A stretch of DNA of 64,000 nucleotides, from positions 1,696,001 through 1,760,000 of the forward strand of contig CAVZJV010000014.1 of assembly GCA_963775685.1 (NCBI GenBank), in the 5' to 3' direction. This DNA is from Candidatus Bathyarchaeota archaeon (GTDB lineage Archaea > Thermoproteota > Bathyarchaeia > Bathyarchaeales > Bathycorpusculaceae). The notes under the pieces were generated by a model. That model ran no database searches. It saw nothing but the letters and a program-made list of their open reading frames with translations, and was not told the DNA's origin. Both the position numbers and the translations under genes were made by a program. How positions within the stretch are numbered: the first letter of the stretch is position 1; each line of letters starts with the position of its first letter. Shown here one piece after another: positions 9,917-20,915 of the stretch.

Positions 9917-11302
9917 GTGAAAGACCTTCTCATCAAAATTAACAACACCGCCACCCAAAAGTTCGGAGCCCAATATGCTGAAACCCGAGCTCAAAAACTC
10001 ACCAAAACATCTCTAACCCTCAAAGAGGAGCGTGTAGAAGCCGCCAAACAGGGCATAGAGAAGGGCGTTGCTATACGCGTTCTGGTGAATGGTGCTTGGG
10101 GGTTTGCTTCCGTGGGCTCGTTTGAAGGGTCGATTTTGGAAGACGCAGTTTCTGACTCTTGCAGGATGGCAAAGCTTGCAAGCGAGCGATTGAATACCCC
10201 GATTAAGCTTGCAAACGTTAAAGTTGTTGAGGATCGTGTGGTTTCCAGACCCCGAAAAAATCCAGCGGACATATTGATGGAGGACAAAATAAAAACTGCC
10301 CTTGCCGTAAACAAGACGAGTTTGGGTTTTGATGAGCGAATTAAAAGTTGCTCGATCGATTATATGGATTTGATGGGAAACAGCTTTTTTGTAAACAGCG
10401 AAGGCACATGTATTGAGCAGGATAAGCTGTATGTTTGGGCTAGAATCACCGCTTCAGCCCAAAGCGAAGGCGTCTTCACGTTTAGCCGAGAAGAAATCGG
10501 TTCCACAGCAGGCTACGAACTATTCGACCAGCAAGCTCCAGAGGTTTTAGGCGCAAAAGTCGCCAAACGCGCAATTGAGCAGCTAAGCGCAAAGTCTCCC
10601 CGAGGCGGAAAGTTCCCGGTAGTTTTGGGGCCTAACGTGGTTGGGGTTTTTGTGCATGAGGCGTTTGGGCATTTAGCGGAAGCTGATTTGGCGCTTTCAG
10701 GGGGCGTCTTAGCCAGCAACATTGGCAAAAAAATCGGTTCAGACCTCGTCACGTTTTACGATGATGGCACAGTTGAGGGTGCGTTTGGAGCATTTAGGTA
10801 CGACGACGAAGGCACAACATCCCAAAAAACACTGCTCATAAAAGACGGCGTAGTGACGGGTCTATTGCATAATCGCGAAACAGCCGAGAAATTCAACGCG
10901 CAACCAACGGGAAATGCGAGGGCTGAGGACTTCCGCGTGGAGCCCATCATTCGGATGCGGTGCACGTACATGGCTCCGAGAGATCAAGCCTTCGAAGAAC
11001 TCATCGAGGATGTTAAGTCTGGTTACTACTTCAAAAGCTTCAGAGGTGGACAAGCGAACCTTGACGGCACGTTCCAAGTGGGCATCCAAGAAGGCTATGA
11101 AATAAACAAGGGTGAAATCGGTGCACCCATACGCAACGCATCCATAAGCGGCAGCACACTCGAAACGTTGCATAAAGTCAGTGGCGTTGGCAAAGATTTC
11201 AAGTTGGATCCTGGGCGATGCGGCAAGGGGCAGACAGCCTTTATTAGCGATGGGGGACCGCACATTAAAATCAGTGAGGTAGTTGTCGGTGGCAGCGCTT
11301 GA
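9917..11302 (+). CDS. tldD: TldD metalloprotease subunit
   Basis: [11 protein letters not shown]; CGKGQ...GGPH. Confidence 0.92.
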   Translation: MKDLLIKINNTATQKFGAQYAETRAQKLTKTSLTLKEERVEAAKQGIEKGVAIRVLVNGAWGFASVGSFEGSILEDAVSDSCRMAKLASERLNTPIKLANVKVVEDRVVSRPRKNPADILMEDKIKTALAVNKTSLGFDERIKSCSIDYMDLMGNSFFVNSEGTCIEQDKLYVWARITASAQSEGVFTFSREEIGSTAGYELFDQQAPEVLGAKVAKRAIEQLSAKSPRGGKFPVVLGPNVVGVFVHEAFGHLAEADLALSGGVLASNIGKKIGSDLVTFYDDGTVEGAFGAFRYDDEGTTSQKTLLIKDGVVTGLLHNRETAEKFNAQPTGNARAEDFRVEPIIRMRCTYMAPRDQAFEELIEDVKSGYYFKSFRGGQANLDGTFQVGIQEGYEINKGEIGAPIRNASISGSTLETLHKVSGVGKDFKLDPGRCGKGQTAFISDGGPHIKISEVVVGGSA

Positions 11303-12653
11303 AAGAAAGACCATGATAAGTATTGCAGAACACGTCGTTGAGGCAGCCCTAAAGAAAGGCGCCCAGGAAGCGGAAGCCTACACCTATGAGGGACAAGCAA
11401 CAAACATAGGCATTGAGCTAGGACAAATAAGCAAAACAAACCGAATAATCGACCGTGGCTTAGGCTTAAGGATAGTTTCCAATAAAGCAATAGGGTTTGC
11501 ATACACAAACATCTTAGATGACCAGAAGGCTGTTGAAGGCGTTATAGCAGGGGCACTTAGTGCGGCTATGGCAAGCAAACCCGACCCCGACTGGAAGGGA
11601 TTGCCGCAAATGAAACCCTACGTCAAGACGGCAAAGACATTTGACAAAAAAATCGTAGCGCTCACACCCGAAGAGTTGGTCAGTGTAGCTGCCGTAATGT
11701 TGGATGCTGCTGTCCAAGTGGATAAACGAGTTTTCGCTATCGAAGGCGGAGTAGGAGCAGGATACGTCTCCAGCGCCATCGCTAATTCAAACGGCGTATC
11801 AGGCTTTGACCGGGGAACAGTTGTGGAGTGCAGTTTGGCTACGCTGGCTAAAGAGGCTGATACAGTGACGCCTATGTGTTTTGAGTTCAACGCCGCAAGA
11901 AACTACAACTTTGACGCAGCATGGGTGGGCAGGGAAGCAGCAAAACTGTCGGTTTCAGCCCTAAAAACCAAATCGGTCGAAACCAAATCCGGCAAAGTAA
12001 TCCTAACCCAGTTCGCGCTTCAGGAGCTTTTCGCCTACACATTAATCAATGCCATCAGAGGTGACAGCGTACAGAGGGGACAATCGCCGTTTAAGGGAAA
12101 AATCGGAGAAAAAGTGGCCTCCGAAAACCTCACCATATATGATGATGGCTTATTTGTCGGCGGACTACGCACGTCGATTTTTGACGCAGAAGGGGTGCCG
12201 CATCAGAAAACCCCTGTAATAGAGAAGGGCGTTTTGCGCAATTTCCTCTACGATAACTATTCAGCCAAAAAAGACGACGTGGAGAGCACTGGAAATGCTT
12301 CAAGGGCTGGGTACCTATCAACTCCCGGCATCGACCCCACAAACTTCCACATAACTCAAGGAAACAAAACCTCAGAGGAGATGCTAAGCGAAATCAACGA
12401 CGGTTTAATAGTATATTATCTACAGGGCGCCCACAGCAGCAACCCTGTCAGCGGTGAATTCTCGGTTGTGGCAACCCCAGCATGGAAAATTAAGGATGGA
12501 AAAATCACTCATTGCTCACGAGGCGTTATGTTGGCAGGCAATATTTTTGAACTGCTCAAAAACATCAGTGTGGTTGGGGGGAACGAGCGGCAGATGGGGC
12601 AGTTGATTTCGCCGTGGCTTCAAGTAGAAAACGTGCGAGTCATCGGAAAATAA
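11283..12653 (+). CDS. pmbA: PmbA/TldE partner subunit (exact start uncertain)
   Basis: FDAEGVP, STGNASR, N.VSGEFS; no HExxH; follows tldD. Confidence 0.9.
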   Translation: MSVAALERKTMISIAEHVVEAALKKGAQEAEAYTYEGQATNIGIELGQISKTNRIIDRGLGLRIVSNKAIGFAYTNILDDQKAVEGVIAGALSAAMASKPDPDWKGLPQMKPYVKTAKTFDKKIVALTPEELVSVAAVMLDAAVQVDKRVFAIEGGVGAGYVSSAIANSNGVSGFDRGTVVECSLATLAKEADTVTPMCFEFNAARNYNFDAAWVGREAAKLSVSALKTKSVETKSGKVILTQFALQELFAYTLINAIRGDSVQRGQSPFKGKIGEKVASENLTIYDDGLFVGGLRTSIFDAEGVPHQKTPVIEKGVLRNFLYDNYSAKKDDVESTGNASRAGYLSTPGIDPTNFHITQGNKTSEEMLSEINDGLIVYYLQGAHSSNPVSGEFSVVATPAWKIKDGKITHCSRGVMLAGNIFELLKNISVVGGNERQMGQLISPWLQVENVRVIGK

Positions 12654-12657
12654 CACC

Positions 12658-13860
12658 TCAAGCCCAAAAACTCTTGGAGTCCTCACCTATAACTCCCTCA
12701 TAGATGCGCTTGGTCTGCTGGGCAATTTTCCCCCAATCGTACTTTTCCTGGATACGCCTGTACGCGTTGTCCCTTAGTTGTTTTGCGTAGTACCCGTCTA
12801 GCAGAATTTTGGTTATGCCCCACGCTAATGAGTCAGGGTTATTTGGGTAAACCTTCACGCCTGTTACGTCATGTTGGATAATTTCAGATAAGCCACCAGT
12901 GTCGGATACAACCACTGGGCTTCTGGCAGCCATAGCCTCCAAGGCAACAATGCCAAAGGGTTCAAAGAGCGACGGCACAACAGACACATCAGCGCACCTC
13001 TGCAGATTAATAAGCGAGGGTTCATCGAGAAAACCTTGAAACAACACTTTATGTTCCAACCCCATGCTTCGGACGATGTTTAGGAGCTGCTCTTTCATGT
13101 AGCCACTTCCTACAATTATGAATTTAGCGTTAACTTTGCTGAGTATTTTTGGGACAGCGTTAATCAGGACATGGATTCCCTTTTCATAGACAAGGCGTCC
13201 GACAAAGAGGACGATTTTTTCTTCTGGCAAAGCAAACTTTCCCCTGAACTCCTTTAGGTCTTCGTTTCCATCGTAGTTGTGGGTATTAACGCCGTTTGGA
13301 ACCATAACTAACTTGTCGCTGGGCAGCCCAAAAACGTATTTTACGTGTGAAATCATGTAGTCGCTGCAGCAAATGACCTTCCAGGCTTCGTAGGTGAGCC
13401 AGGCTTCGGTTTCATGAATCATTCTCTCTGTGGTGGTGTGCAGTCCATCGCGTCTGCCCATCTCAGTTGAGTGCATTGTTACCAGCAGTGGCTTTCTGAA
13501 GACATGTTTTAAGCCTATTCCTGCGTTTGCGACGAGCCAATCGTGGGCGTGGAAAACGTCGATTTCGTCCGCGATCTTCTTTGTCAGCACTGCCGTTTCC
13601 CGTTGCATGTTCATGTTCATCAAGTAAACCCATGTAGCAAAGTCAGGAGCTGGGTTTTTGTATGAGTCAATTCGATAGACTTCTACACCGTCGATTACTT
13701 CATGTGCTGGTGCTCCGGGAAAATCGCAGGTTACTACGTAAACTTTCACGTCTTGTTTGGCTAAATGTTTGGAGAGGAAGTATATGTGGGGTGATATGCC
13801 TCCGATTACTCTTGGCGGATATTCCCAACTCAGCATCATGACCGTTAGTTTATCTTTCAT
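12658..13860 (-). CDS. GT4 glycosyltransferase (glycogen synthase-like)
   Basis: WEYPPRVIGG, HAHDW, GRLVYEKG, EPFGIVALEAMA. Confidence 0.92.
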   Translation of the reverse strand: MKDKLTVMMLSWEYPPRVIGGISPHIYFLSKHLAKQDVKVYVVTCDFPGAPAHEVIDGVEVYRIDSYKNPAPDFATWVYLMNMNMQRETAVLTKKIADEIDVFHAHDWLVANAGIGLKHVFRKPLLVTMHSTEMGRRDGLHTTTERMIHETEAWLTYEAWKVICCSDYMISHVKYVFGLPSDKLVMVPNGVNTHNYDGNEDLKEFRGKFALPEEKIVLFVGRLVYEKGIHVLINAVPKILSKVNAKFIIVGSGYMKEQLLNIVRSMGLEHKVLFQGFLDEPSLINLQRCADVSVVPSLFEPFGIVALEAMAARSPVVVSDTGGLSEIIQHDVTGVKVYPNNPDSLAWGITKILLDGYYAKQLRDNAYRRIQEKYDWGKIAQQTKRIYEGVIGEDSKSFWA

Positions 13861-14479
13861 TTTTCTTTGCCTCCGCCACTTTGCTGTATATTTTTTGGAT
13901 TTCCTTAACCAATAGGGTAGAGTCTAATGAGATAACTGTTATTTTTTCTTTAGGCACCTTGTATACCCTAATTACCTCAGCTTTCATCCACTCAGATTTC
14001 ACAGTTATTCTTTCAGATTCATAAAACCCAAGCCACTCGATGCTTTTGATTGCCATGTTGTACGAGGTGTTTGAGTTGGGTGAGCGATGATCTTCTATGC
14101 TTTCCACCGAATAAACAAAAGGTAAGTCAAAAGCGTTTTTTAGCGTGATAGCTGCAGGAATAAAGTGCCAATCGAAAACGTCTATCAGGTCAATTTGCTT
14201 GTGGGCTTCATAGTAAATGTTAGTTGCTGCCCGTTCGACTTCCTGATTTAGAGTTAGCACCCAGGTTAAGACGCCAATGTGGGTTCGCACGGGATTGGCA
14301 ACTCTGAAGGTTTTTACGCCACTTGGATTTTTGGTTTGACCCGTTGTGGATTCATCGTAGGTAACAACGTTAACTTCCACTTTGCTGTTGGCAAGCTGAG
14401 TTGAAAGGGCGCTAACGTACCCAGAAAGTTGACCAACCACCCTTGGCGGATACTCCCAGGAAAAAATTATGACACGCAT
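13850..14479 (-). CDS. GT4 N-terminal-domain-only protein
   Basis: WEYPPRVVG start but no C-terminal nucleotide-sugar domain; 209 aa; coupled to the next GT4. Confidence 0.75.
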   Translation of the reverse strand: MRVIIFSWEYPPRVVGQLSGYVSALSTQLANSKVEVNVVTYDESTTGQTKNPSGVKTFRVANPVRTHIGVLTWVLTLNQEVERAATNIYYEAHKQIDLIDVFDWHFIPAAITLKNAFDLPFVYSVESIEDHRSPNSNTSYNMAIKSIEWLGFYESERITVKSEWMKAEVIRVYKVPKEKITVISLDSTLLVKEIQKIYSKVAEAKKNER

Positions 14480-14486
14480 GATTCCA

Positions 14487-14738
14487 CTACGTGAAAAGCG
14501 AACAAACCTTAATTATACCTCTACCGTTTAGATAGTACCGTTTCTTGCCTTCATTGTCATAAAAGCTTTCAGCGAAACCTTCAAACTTGTACTTGTCTAG
14601 AATGCCTTCGATTTCGTTTGGGTCTTTCTGCAGGAGCCGAGCTACTTCTTCGCCTCTTCTTGCTAAATCAGCGGCGGTAGCGCACAAGTTGTGCAATGTC
14701 TGCAGGACTTTATCTGGAAACGGAAGCTCTTCTCTCAT
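14487..14738 (-). CDS. Small winged-helix-like protein
   Basis: 83 aa; helix-turn-helix then wing (GKKRYYLNGRG); operonic position. Confidence 0.6.
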   Translation of the reverse strand: MREELPFPDKVLQTLHNLCATAADLARRGEEVARLLQKDPNEIEGILDKYKFEGFAESFYDNEGKKRYYLNGRGIIKVCSLFT

Positions 14739-14805
14739 TTTGCATGCACCGTGTCATTAGAGAATACCACGACTTATCTAATAAACTCATGTGAGAAGGT
14801 TTTTT

Positions 14806-16353
14806 TTAGAAAAGCTTGGTTGCATCCTGAATCGCCTTGGTTTGGGCAAGGTAACGTTTTGTCGCAACTTCAACTATTGCTTTTCTGAGTTTATCGCCTA
14901 CTTCTACAGAAGCTTTGAGTTCTTTAATTTTGGATGCTAATTTCTTGTCTTTTAGCGAGCTCCTAGCCCAACTCTCAAAATCGCCCTTGCCGACATGGAA
15001 ATCTATAGCTTTGACATCTACCTCCTTGAGTGCTTCAATGAAACCCTTAAGGCTCCAAGCCATCCTTCCTGTATAGCAATCCTTTCCAACTCCCGTGTAG
15101 AACAAGAAAGGCTCATTAGCTGTAAGAAGTGAAATTCTTATCCTAGCCTCAAAATCATTGAGCAGTGTTTGTGCAACTACGAAGGCATCCATGGGCGACT
15201 CGTATGGGCTGAAGTATGAGTGAACTTCGCCTGGTCCGCCGCCTGCAGTGAACATGTAGTAGAGGTGGTCGCTTGTTTGAAAATCCCGCCAGAGCCCCAG
15301 AAACTCGGCGTCGCCAGCCTCTTTAATCAACGGCTCCAATCGTCGTATAGTGGTGTAGTATGCCCATTGCATAACGTTGCCAAGCCATCCTGACTGGTCA
15401 CGTTTAATGTCAGCCCAAGAAACGGTTCCTTCAGCCTCAGGAACATCGATTTCTCCTGCAGAAGCATGTTTATCCAAAGCCTCAGAAGGCGTAGCCATCT
15501 GCATATGATCAAATTTCAGAATTTCGTCTGGGAGGTGTTGGAGGAAGCTGTGAATGCCTGTTTCTGGCCAGTGATGTTCTCCAAACGTTTCGTAGTCAGG
15601 GAAAATATTGATACATTCACCTTTGGTTTCGGCTAACCACCTTGCGTATTTGTCGGCGGTCAGAGGCCACTCTGGCCACCAACGAGCCGAAAACCTGAAT
15701 CCGACATCGTCGGTCAACTTGTAATTTCGAAGGAGCACACCGATTTTCTTGGTGCCCTTAGGTGTGTAGATGTAGTTGGGGGATTTTTCGCCTAGAATCT
15801 TTTCTAGGCCCTCAGTGTAGATGCCCTTGTAGCCCATGTCCTCAACTGTTTTGGCGATGGTGTTGTTATAGAGCAATTCAGTGTTCTCAAAAACATTCGG
15901 AGTATAACCTAGCAGGCCTCTGATGGCTTTTTTGTGCATTGCAACTTGCTCGATAAACTCTTCTTTTTCCGGGTAGAGGCTTGCTATAGAGTGATAGTAG
16001 GTTTGGTCTAGGAACTCGGCGCCTCCTGAAGCAGCGAGTTGCCGGAAACTTTCCAGCAGGTCTTTGTCGAACATTTCACATTGTTCAAGAAAAACGCCTG
16101 AAACACTAAAGGAGAATTTGGCTTGTTTGCGGTCGTGCTTGCGTCTATCGATTACGTCTAGGATTATCTGGTTTGAAGGAAAGTAGCATTTGCGCGCGGC
16201 ACGCTTAAAGATTTCGCGGTCAACTTCAGTGTCAAAATAGTAGTCGAATAATTCGTCTTTGGATAGACGCCTAAACACTTTACCTTCCCAAAACAGGTTC
16301 CGCCTAAGCCTATGCGGCTGGTGAACTTCAAAGACAAACACAACATCCGTCAT
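14806..16353 (-). CDS. GH57 alpha-amylase with C-terminal DUF5752-like domain
   Basis: FEVHQP, NTELLY, DYETFGEH, QTSDHLYYM; tail AWSLKGF...FHVGKGDFESWAR. Confidence 0.9.
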   Translation of the reverse strand: MTDVVFVFEVHQPHRLRRNLFWEGKVFRRLSKDELFDYYFDTEVDREIFKRAARKCYFPSNQIILDVIDRRKHDRKQAKFSFSVSGVFLEQCEMFDKDLLESFRQLAASGGAEFLDQTYYHSIASLYPEKEEFIEQVAMHKKAIRGLLGYTPNVFENTELLYNNTIAKTVEDMGYKGIYTEGLEKILGEKSPNYIYTPKGTKKIGVLLRNYKLTDDVGFRFSARWWPEWPLTADKYARWLAETKGECINIFPDYETFGEHHWPETGIHSFLQHLPDEILKFDHMQMATPSEALDKHASAGEIDVPEAEGTVSWADIKRDQSGWLGNVMQWAYYTTIRRLEPLIKEAGDAEFLGLWRDFQTSDHLYYMFTAGGGPGEVHSYFSPYESPMDAFVVAQTLLNDFEARIRISLLTANEPFLFYTGVGKDCYTGRMAWSLKGFIEALKEVDVKAIDFHVGKGDFESWARSSLKDKKLASKIKELKASVEVGDKLRKAIVEVATKRYLAQTKAIQDATKLF

Positions 16354-16646
16354 GACACGTTAGCCTCATAAAAACCATAACAGACCGTACAGGTATTTCT
16401 AATTTGTCTCTATAGCAAAAACTAAACGGAAGTAGTTGTAAGAAAAAGTGCCTATCCACAGCAACATCCATCAGAGTTTGTTGAATTTGCCGTTTTGGAT
16501 TCTGCATCTGCTATATTCTGTGAGCTATTTGTGCAATATGATAAAAGTAGCATAGAAAAAACCTAAATACAACGATGCCCGCAAAAAAATGGCGGCTTCT
16601 TATGGCATAACCATTGGGCAGCTTTACTATTTGGCAGACTCAACAA

Positions 16647-17117
16647 CTATCGAACAGCTAACCGGTTGCCCATAATTAACAGAGCCTGTAAGGATATTGT
16701 CAGGGTATAGTTTCCAGGGCTACTCGGTGGCCAAATAGTTGGCGAGGTAAACAATGTTTTCGAGTGTGCGGCAAGTGGCGGGTATTTTGCGTTTATGTCC
16801 AAAGGGACAATTGCTAAAGTCACCTAAAGGGGGCTCTCACTAAAAGTCACAAACAATGGGTAAGGCACAGCCCAATCATGAGGATTATAAACATAAATCT
16901 GCAACCGAAACTGCTCACTGCGCGAGTACACAGTTTGGTTGGTGGAGACTATTTGTAATTCAACAGGTCCATTGCCCTCTCTCACAGGGGCAGACGGTTC
17001 CACATACAGATAAGTTGCCGCAAAGAACACCACAGCTAAAAATACAACTGCTTTAACAAAAAGTACAAGGTACTTTTCCATTTTTTCGAAGCTTCCACAA
17101 AACAACCAAAGAAGCAA
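16647..17117 (-). pseudogene. Membrane-anchored, probably Ig-like protein interrupted by an in-frame TAG at 16824-16826
   Basis: N-terminal TM helix; the frame stays open 58 codons past the TAG (…PGNYTLTISL…). Confidence 0.5.
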
Positions 17118-17290
17118 CTATTAAAACCACAATAAAGAGGATGGAGAGTGATTGCGCAATAAGCTCAAACGCCATAAGAAGTCATGTGCAATCATCGATA
17201 TTTAGCCTTAAAGCAAAGATTCCAATATTAGGCGTCCCAGTGTCTATTGAAAAAGTTTTAATGTACACACTAAACAGATGTTAAAGGCGG

Positions 17291-18590
17291 TTGAGAATGG
17301 TGACTGACGGCAAAGAAGAAATTTACTCCATCATCTTTAGTTCACTAAAGCATCCTATCCGCCGCAAGATACTTCGCATTTTAGCCGACAAATCCATGGC
17401 TTTCACTGAAATGCTAGAGTTGCTAGGGGTCTCTAGTTCAAACCTAACCTACCACCTTGATAGCCTGGGGGAACTGGTAACTAAAGATAACAACGGCGTG
17501 TACAAGCTTTCGACATTTGGGTTAGCTTTCAGTTAGCACCATGAAGAATCGTGGAGGAAGCACCGCCAATTCAACCAAGAAAACGCACCACCGTATCTCT
17601 GAAGTGGAAAACAGCCCTCGGAGGCCTGCTTGTTGGAGTTATCCTTCTATCAAGCATCACCGTTTTGGAGACCTACCTACTTAGCCAAACAGACAGCGAA
17701 AGGGACAGCTTGCAGTCAAAGTACAACCGACTTCTATCTTGGAGCAACACCACAAACAGCGCCAATTACGTTCTTGCAGCAAGTCACCCAAATCGACACA
17801 TCCCACTACCAAGCAACTCTTCTTTGCAACACCGTTGAGCAGCGGTCGGATTTAGGCGGAGCATTGGAGCAAATTATGACTTACTCACTTACCAGTAGCG
17901 ACAGCAAACTCGATGTCGTCTTCAGATTCCGAAACAACCAGCTTTCTCGCTACCAGATTATTCTGCTGGAGGGCACACCCGTTTATTCTGTTCCACAACC
18001 TTTCAGCGTCTTGGACACTTCAAAGGGTTTGTTAGAGAGGCTAGCAACATACGAAGGCACTCCCTACCTTTTGAACATGAGCAGCTTACTCTCGCTTGTT
18101 ACTCCATCGACAGAGAGTATCGAGATTGCGGAGGGAAACATCAAGTTAAACTACACCAGCCAAGGGGACAGTGCACAGATTCTTTTGATGTATATCCAAA
18201 ACAGCGTTGACTTCTCACCAAAGAGCCTTTAGCTTGGTCTTTGACAACGGAGACCTGGAAACCCTAACGAATGGCTGGTTCCTCTTCATCGTTGGAAGCA
18301 CTACCATCAATATATCTCCTGATAAAGCAGTAACGTTGGCGAGAAACGCTTTGACGAGTTATAGTTGGACCAGCAACGGCCAAGCAGTCTCAAACTTCAA
18401 CGTACTTGACAACTCCGCAGCTGTTTTTCATCCCAACACCAAAAACGGCTTAACCCTCTACCCCCAATACACTGTTACATTCCAGCTTGACAAGGTTTAC
18501 CCCGGCGGTGTAAACACCTTAACGGTTGAGGTGTGGGCAGACACAGGCGAGGTAGCGAAGATAAAAACTAACAGCTATGTAGCGCCCTAA
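17291..18590 (+). CDS. ArsR-type wHTH + TM + extracellular domain regulator (about 430 aa), split by four +1 insertions
   Basis: SSLKHPIRRKIL...LTYHLDSL HTH; frame offsets of the four ORF fragments match single extra bases near 17528, 17547, 17764 and 18229. Confidence 0.75.
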
Positions 18591-18687
18591 AAAAGGTATG
18601 GAAGTCGACTTCTGGTCAATAGGCAAAATGACTTTTTGAAGTAAATTATGGAAAAATTTTATATGAAAAGCCGTTGACTACCAAGCT

Positions 18688-19431
18688 ATGACACCCAATA
18701 AAAACAGTAGAGCACCAGTCAAACGAAAATCTAACAAGACACTGTTTCTGACAATCGGCATTATAGCTATAATTCTCATTGGCATCGGGACATACATTGT
18801 ATTAAGACAATCTGCAAACCAACCAAACACAACAGCCAGTCCAACGCCCACTCCATCACCTACTGCAATCCAAACGGCGTCACCTTCACCCGGTACATCC
18901 TCAACACCATCTCCAACAACAAGCGATCCATCCTACGTTAACCCAACAAAAGTTCTCCTCCAAACTAGTGTTGGAGACATAACCTTAGAGTTGCGAAGCG
19001 ATAAGCCGATAACAACTACCAACTTCATAAGCCTCGTTCAACAAGGAAAGTACGATGGAACAATCTTCCACCGCGTCATAGCGGGCTTTATGATACAGGG
19101 CGGCGCAATCAGCGGCTCCACTCCAACGATAAATGACGAGATAGGAAGCAACAACCGCAACGTTGCATATACCATAGCCATGGCGAAAACAAGTGACCCC
19201 AATTCAGCAACGAGCCAATTCTTCATAAACGTCGCAGATAACGGAAACTTGGCTGTAGATCAGGCAGGCACAAAATTTGATGCAGTATACGCAGTATTTG
19301 GAAAAGTAGTCGATGGACAAAACGTCGTGGATGCTATAGCCAACGCTCAAGTAACCGCAAACCCATATACACACGAAAACAGTGACCCCGTAAACCCAGT
19401 TACAATAGTAAAAGCTACAATAATATCTTAG
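18688..19431 (+). CDS. Membrane-anchored cyclophilin peptidyl-prolyl isomerase
   Basis: TM helix, P/T/S linker, FHRVIAGFMIQGG, SATSQFFIN. Confidence 0.92.
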   Translation: MTPNKNSRAPVKRKSNKTLFLTIGIIAIILIGIGTYIVLRQSANQPNTTASPTPTPSPTAIQTASPSPGTSSTPSPTTSDPSYVNPTKVLLQTSVGDITLELRSDKPITTTNFISLVQQGKYDGTIFHRVIAGFMIQGGAISGSTPTINDEIGSNNRNVAYTIAMAKTSDPNSATSQFFINVADNGNLAVDQAGTKFDAVYAVFGKVVDGQNVVDAIANAQVTANPYTHENSDPVNPVTIVKATIIS

Positions 19432-19579
19432 CAATTCTGAAAAATTAGCCTTTTTACTTTTCTTTTTTAATAAAAACATAATCTAATAAAAATATAAAAC
19501 CATCTAAGCACAAATCAACCTGCAACTATTTTGCAATAGGCATAATAGCCATAATTCTAATTGATATCTGGGAATACAT

Positions 19580-20062
19580 ATGTCAGGACAATCAAATCAA
19601 CCCGAAACCAAAGTTCTACTCCATACAAACATGGGCGATATAACCATAGATTTACGCAATGACATGCCAATTACAACTGGTAACTTCAAAAATCTCGTAC
19701 AAAAGGGAACTTATAACGGCACAATCTTCCACCGCGTTATACCTGGATTCATGATTCAAGGCGGAGACCCAACAGGCACCGGATACGGCGACCCATCAAT
19801 CCCAGAGATAAAAGACGAATTCACAAAAACCAACCGTAACGATAGAGGCACCATCTCTATGGCAAATGCAGGCCCGAACACTGGAAGTAGCCAATTCTTC
19901 ATCAATCAAGTAAACAACAATTTTTTAGACAGTAAGCACCCTGCTTTCGGGAAAGTTATCGCTGGAATGGATGTCTTAGACAAAATTGCCAAAGTACCAA
20001 CCAACTCAAATGATAAACCGCGAACTAACGTAACTATAATCAGCGCATCAATCTTGACTTAG
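19580..20062 (+). CDS. ppiA: Cytoplasmic cyclophilin peptidyl-prolyl isomerase
   Basis: FHRVIPGFMIQGGDPTGTG, SMANAGPNTGSSQFFI. Confidence 0.93.
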   Translation: MSGQSNQPETKVLLHTNMGDITIDLRNDMPITTGNFKNLVQKGTYNGTIFHRVIPGFMIQGGDPTGTGYGDPSIPEIKDEFTKTNRNDRGTISMANAGPNTGSSQFFINQVNNNFLDSKHPAFGKVIAGMDVLDKIAKVPTNSNDKPRTNVTIISASILT

Positions 20063-20089
20063 ACAAAAATAGAGAGTTAAAAAATTAAA

Positions 20090-20293
20090 CTATTTTTTCT
20101 TTTCTTCTTCAGGTTTAGGCTTTGAACCTATCTCTACAACTTGTATGCTGATTTGATATTTTTTGCCGCCGGCGACCATCTTTCCTGTTCCATAGTAGCC
20201 TCGGCTGCCTGTTTTGAAGTCTTTTTTGTCGAGGATGAAGTTTTGTTTTTCGCCGTTAAGCTGGATAGTTGACATGTTTACATCGTTACTCAT
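20090..20293 (-). CDS. Small conserved-looking hypothetical protein
   Basis: 67 aa; GGTG upstream; KDFKTGSRGYYGTGK. Confidence 0.7.
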   Translation of the reverse strand: MSNDVNMSTIQLNGEKQNFILDKKDFKTGSRGYYGTGKMVAGGKKYQISIQVVEIGSKPKPEEEKKK

Positions 20294-20530
20294 TTGAGTT
20301 CACCTGTTACTTTTTATCTAGGCAGTGTGGCTTTTCACCTTTTCGCTCCAACTGTCAGGCGCTACCTGATTTAGAGTAGTTTCTTATTTTTCGTTAACCC
20401 AAGTCTGAAAGTGGCTTCAAAATGAAGGGCAATGCTTGTTTTATGCGCTCCGCCGATTTCTTTGTTTTGTGTGTAACAGAAGATTCTGCAAAATCTTTAT
20501 TCGCTAATCGGTTATTTCAAGAGTTAATAT

Positions 20531-20893
20531 GTGAGACATATGTTGTTCAAAAGTGAAAAAATTATCGGCTACGCCCTACTAATCTTAGGGCTCATACTGC
20601 TGCTCTTCTCGATCTTCGAAATGGTAAACGTCTACTACGGCAATGCGCCGCCCCCACAACTATTCAACATCGGCGATATTTCTCTGTCGATAGGAGACAA
20701 CGGACCCGGCGTGTCGTTGATTCAGGGTGCTCAAGTAAGCCAGCTTCCTAACTTGTTTTTCTGGTTTATCTTGATGGGCTTTATGTTGCTCGCTGGAGGC
20801 AAAATTGCTTCGCTGGGCGTCAGCATGATTAAGGATATTAAGGTAGAAATAAACGGGCCAATGTCAGCGCCGCCAGAAACAAAAAACGCCTAA
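20531..20893 (+). CDS. Hypothetical membrane protein (2 TM)
   Basis: Hydrophobic segments; EKIIGY...GGKIASLGV resembles the next gene. Confidence 0.75.
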   Translation: MRHMLFKSEKIIGYALLILGLILLLFSIFEMVNVYYGNAPPPQLFNIGDISLSIGDNGPGVSLIQGAQVSQLPNLFFWFILMGFMLLAGGKIASLGVSMIKDIKVEINGPMSAPPETKNA

Positions 20894-20915
20894 ACAAAAA
20901 AATACGTGACTGCCT

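Noticed and set aside
17291-18590. Programmed frameshifting
   Set aside because: Four separate +1 events in short runs without slippery heptamers; sequencing error or decay is simpler
18830-18925. CCA/ACA-rich low-complexity DNA (also about 25780-25900)
   Set aside because: Explained by Pro/Thr/Ser linkers
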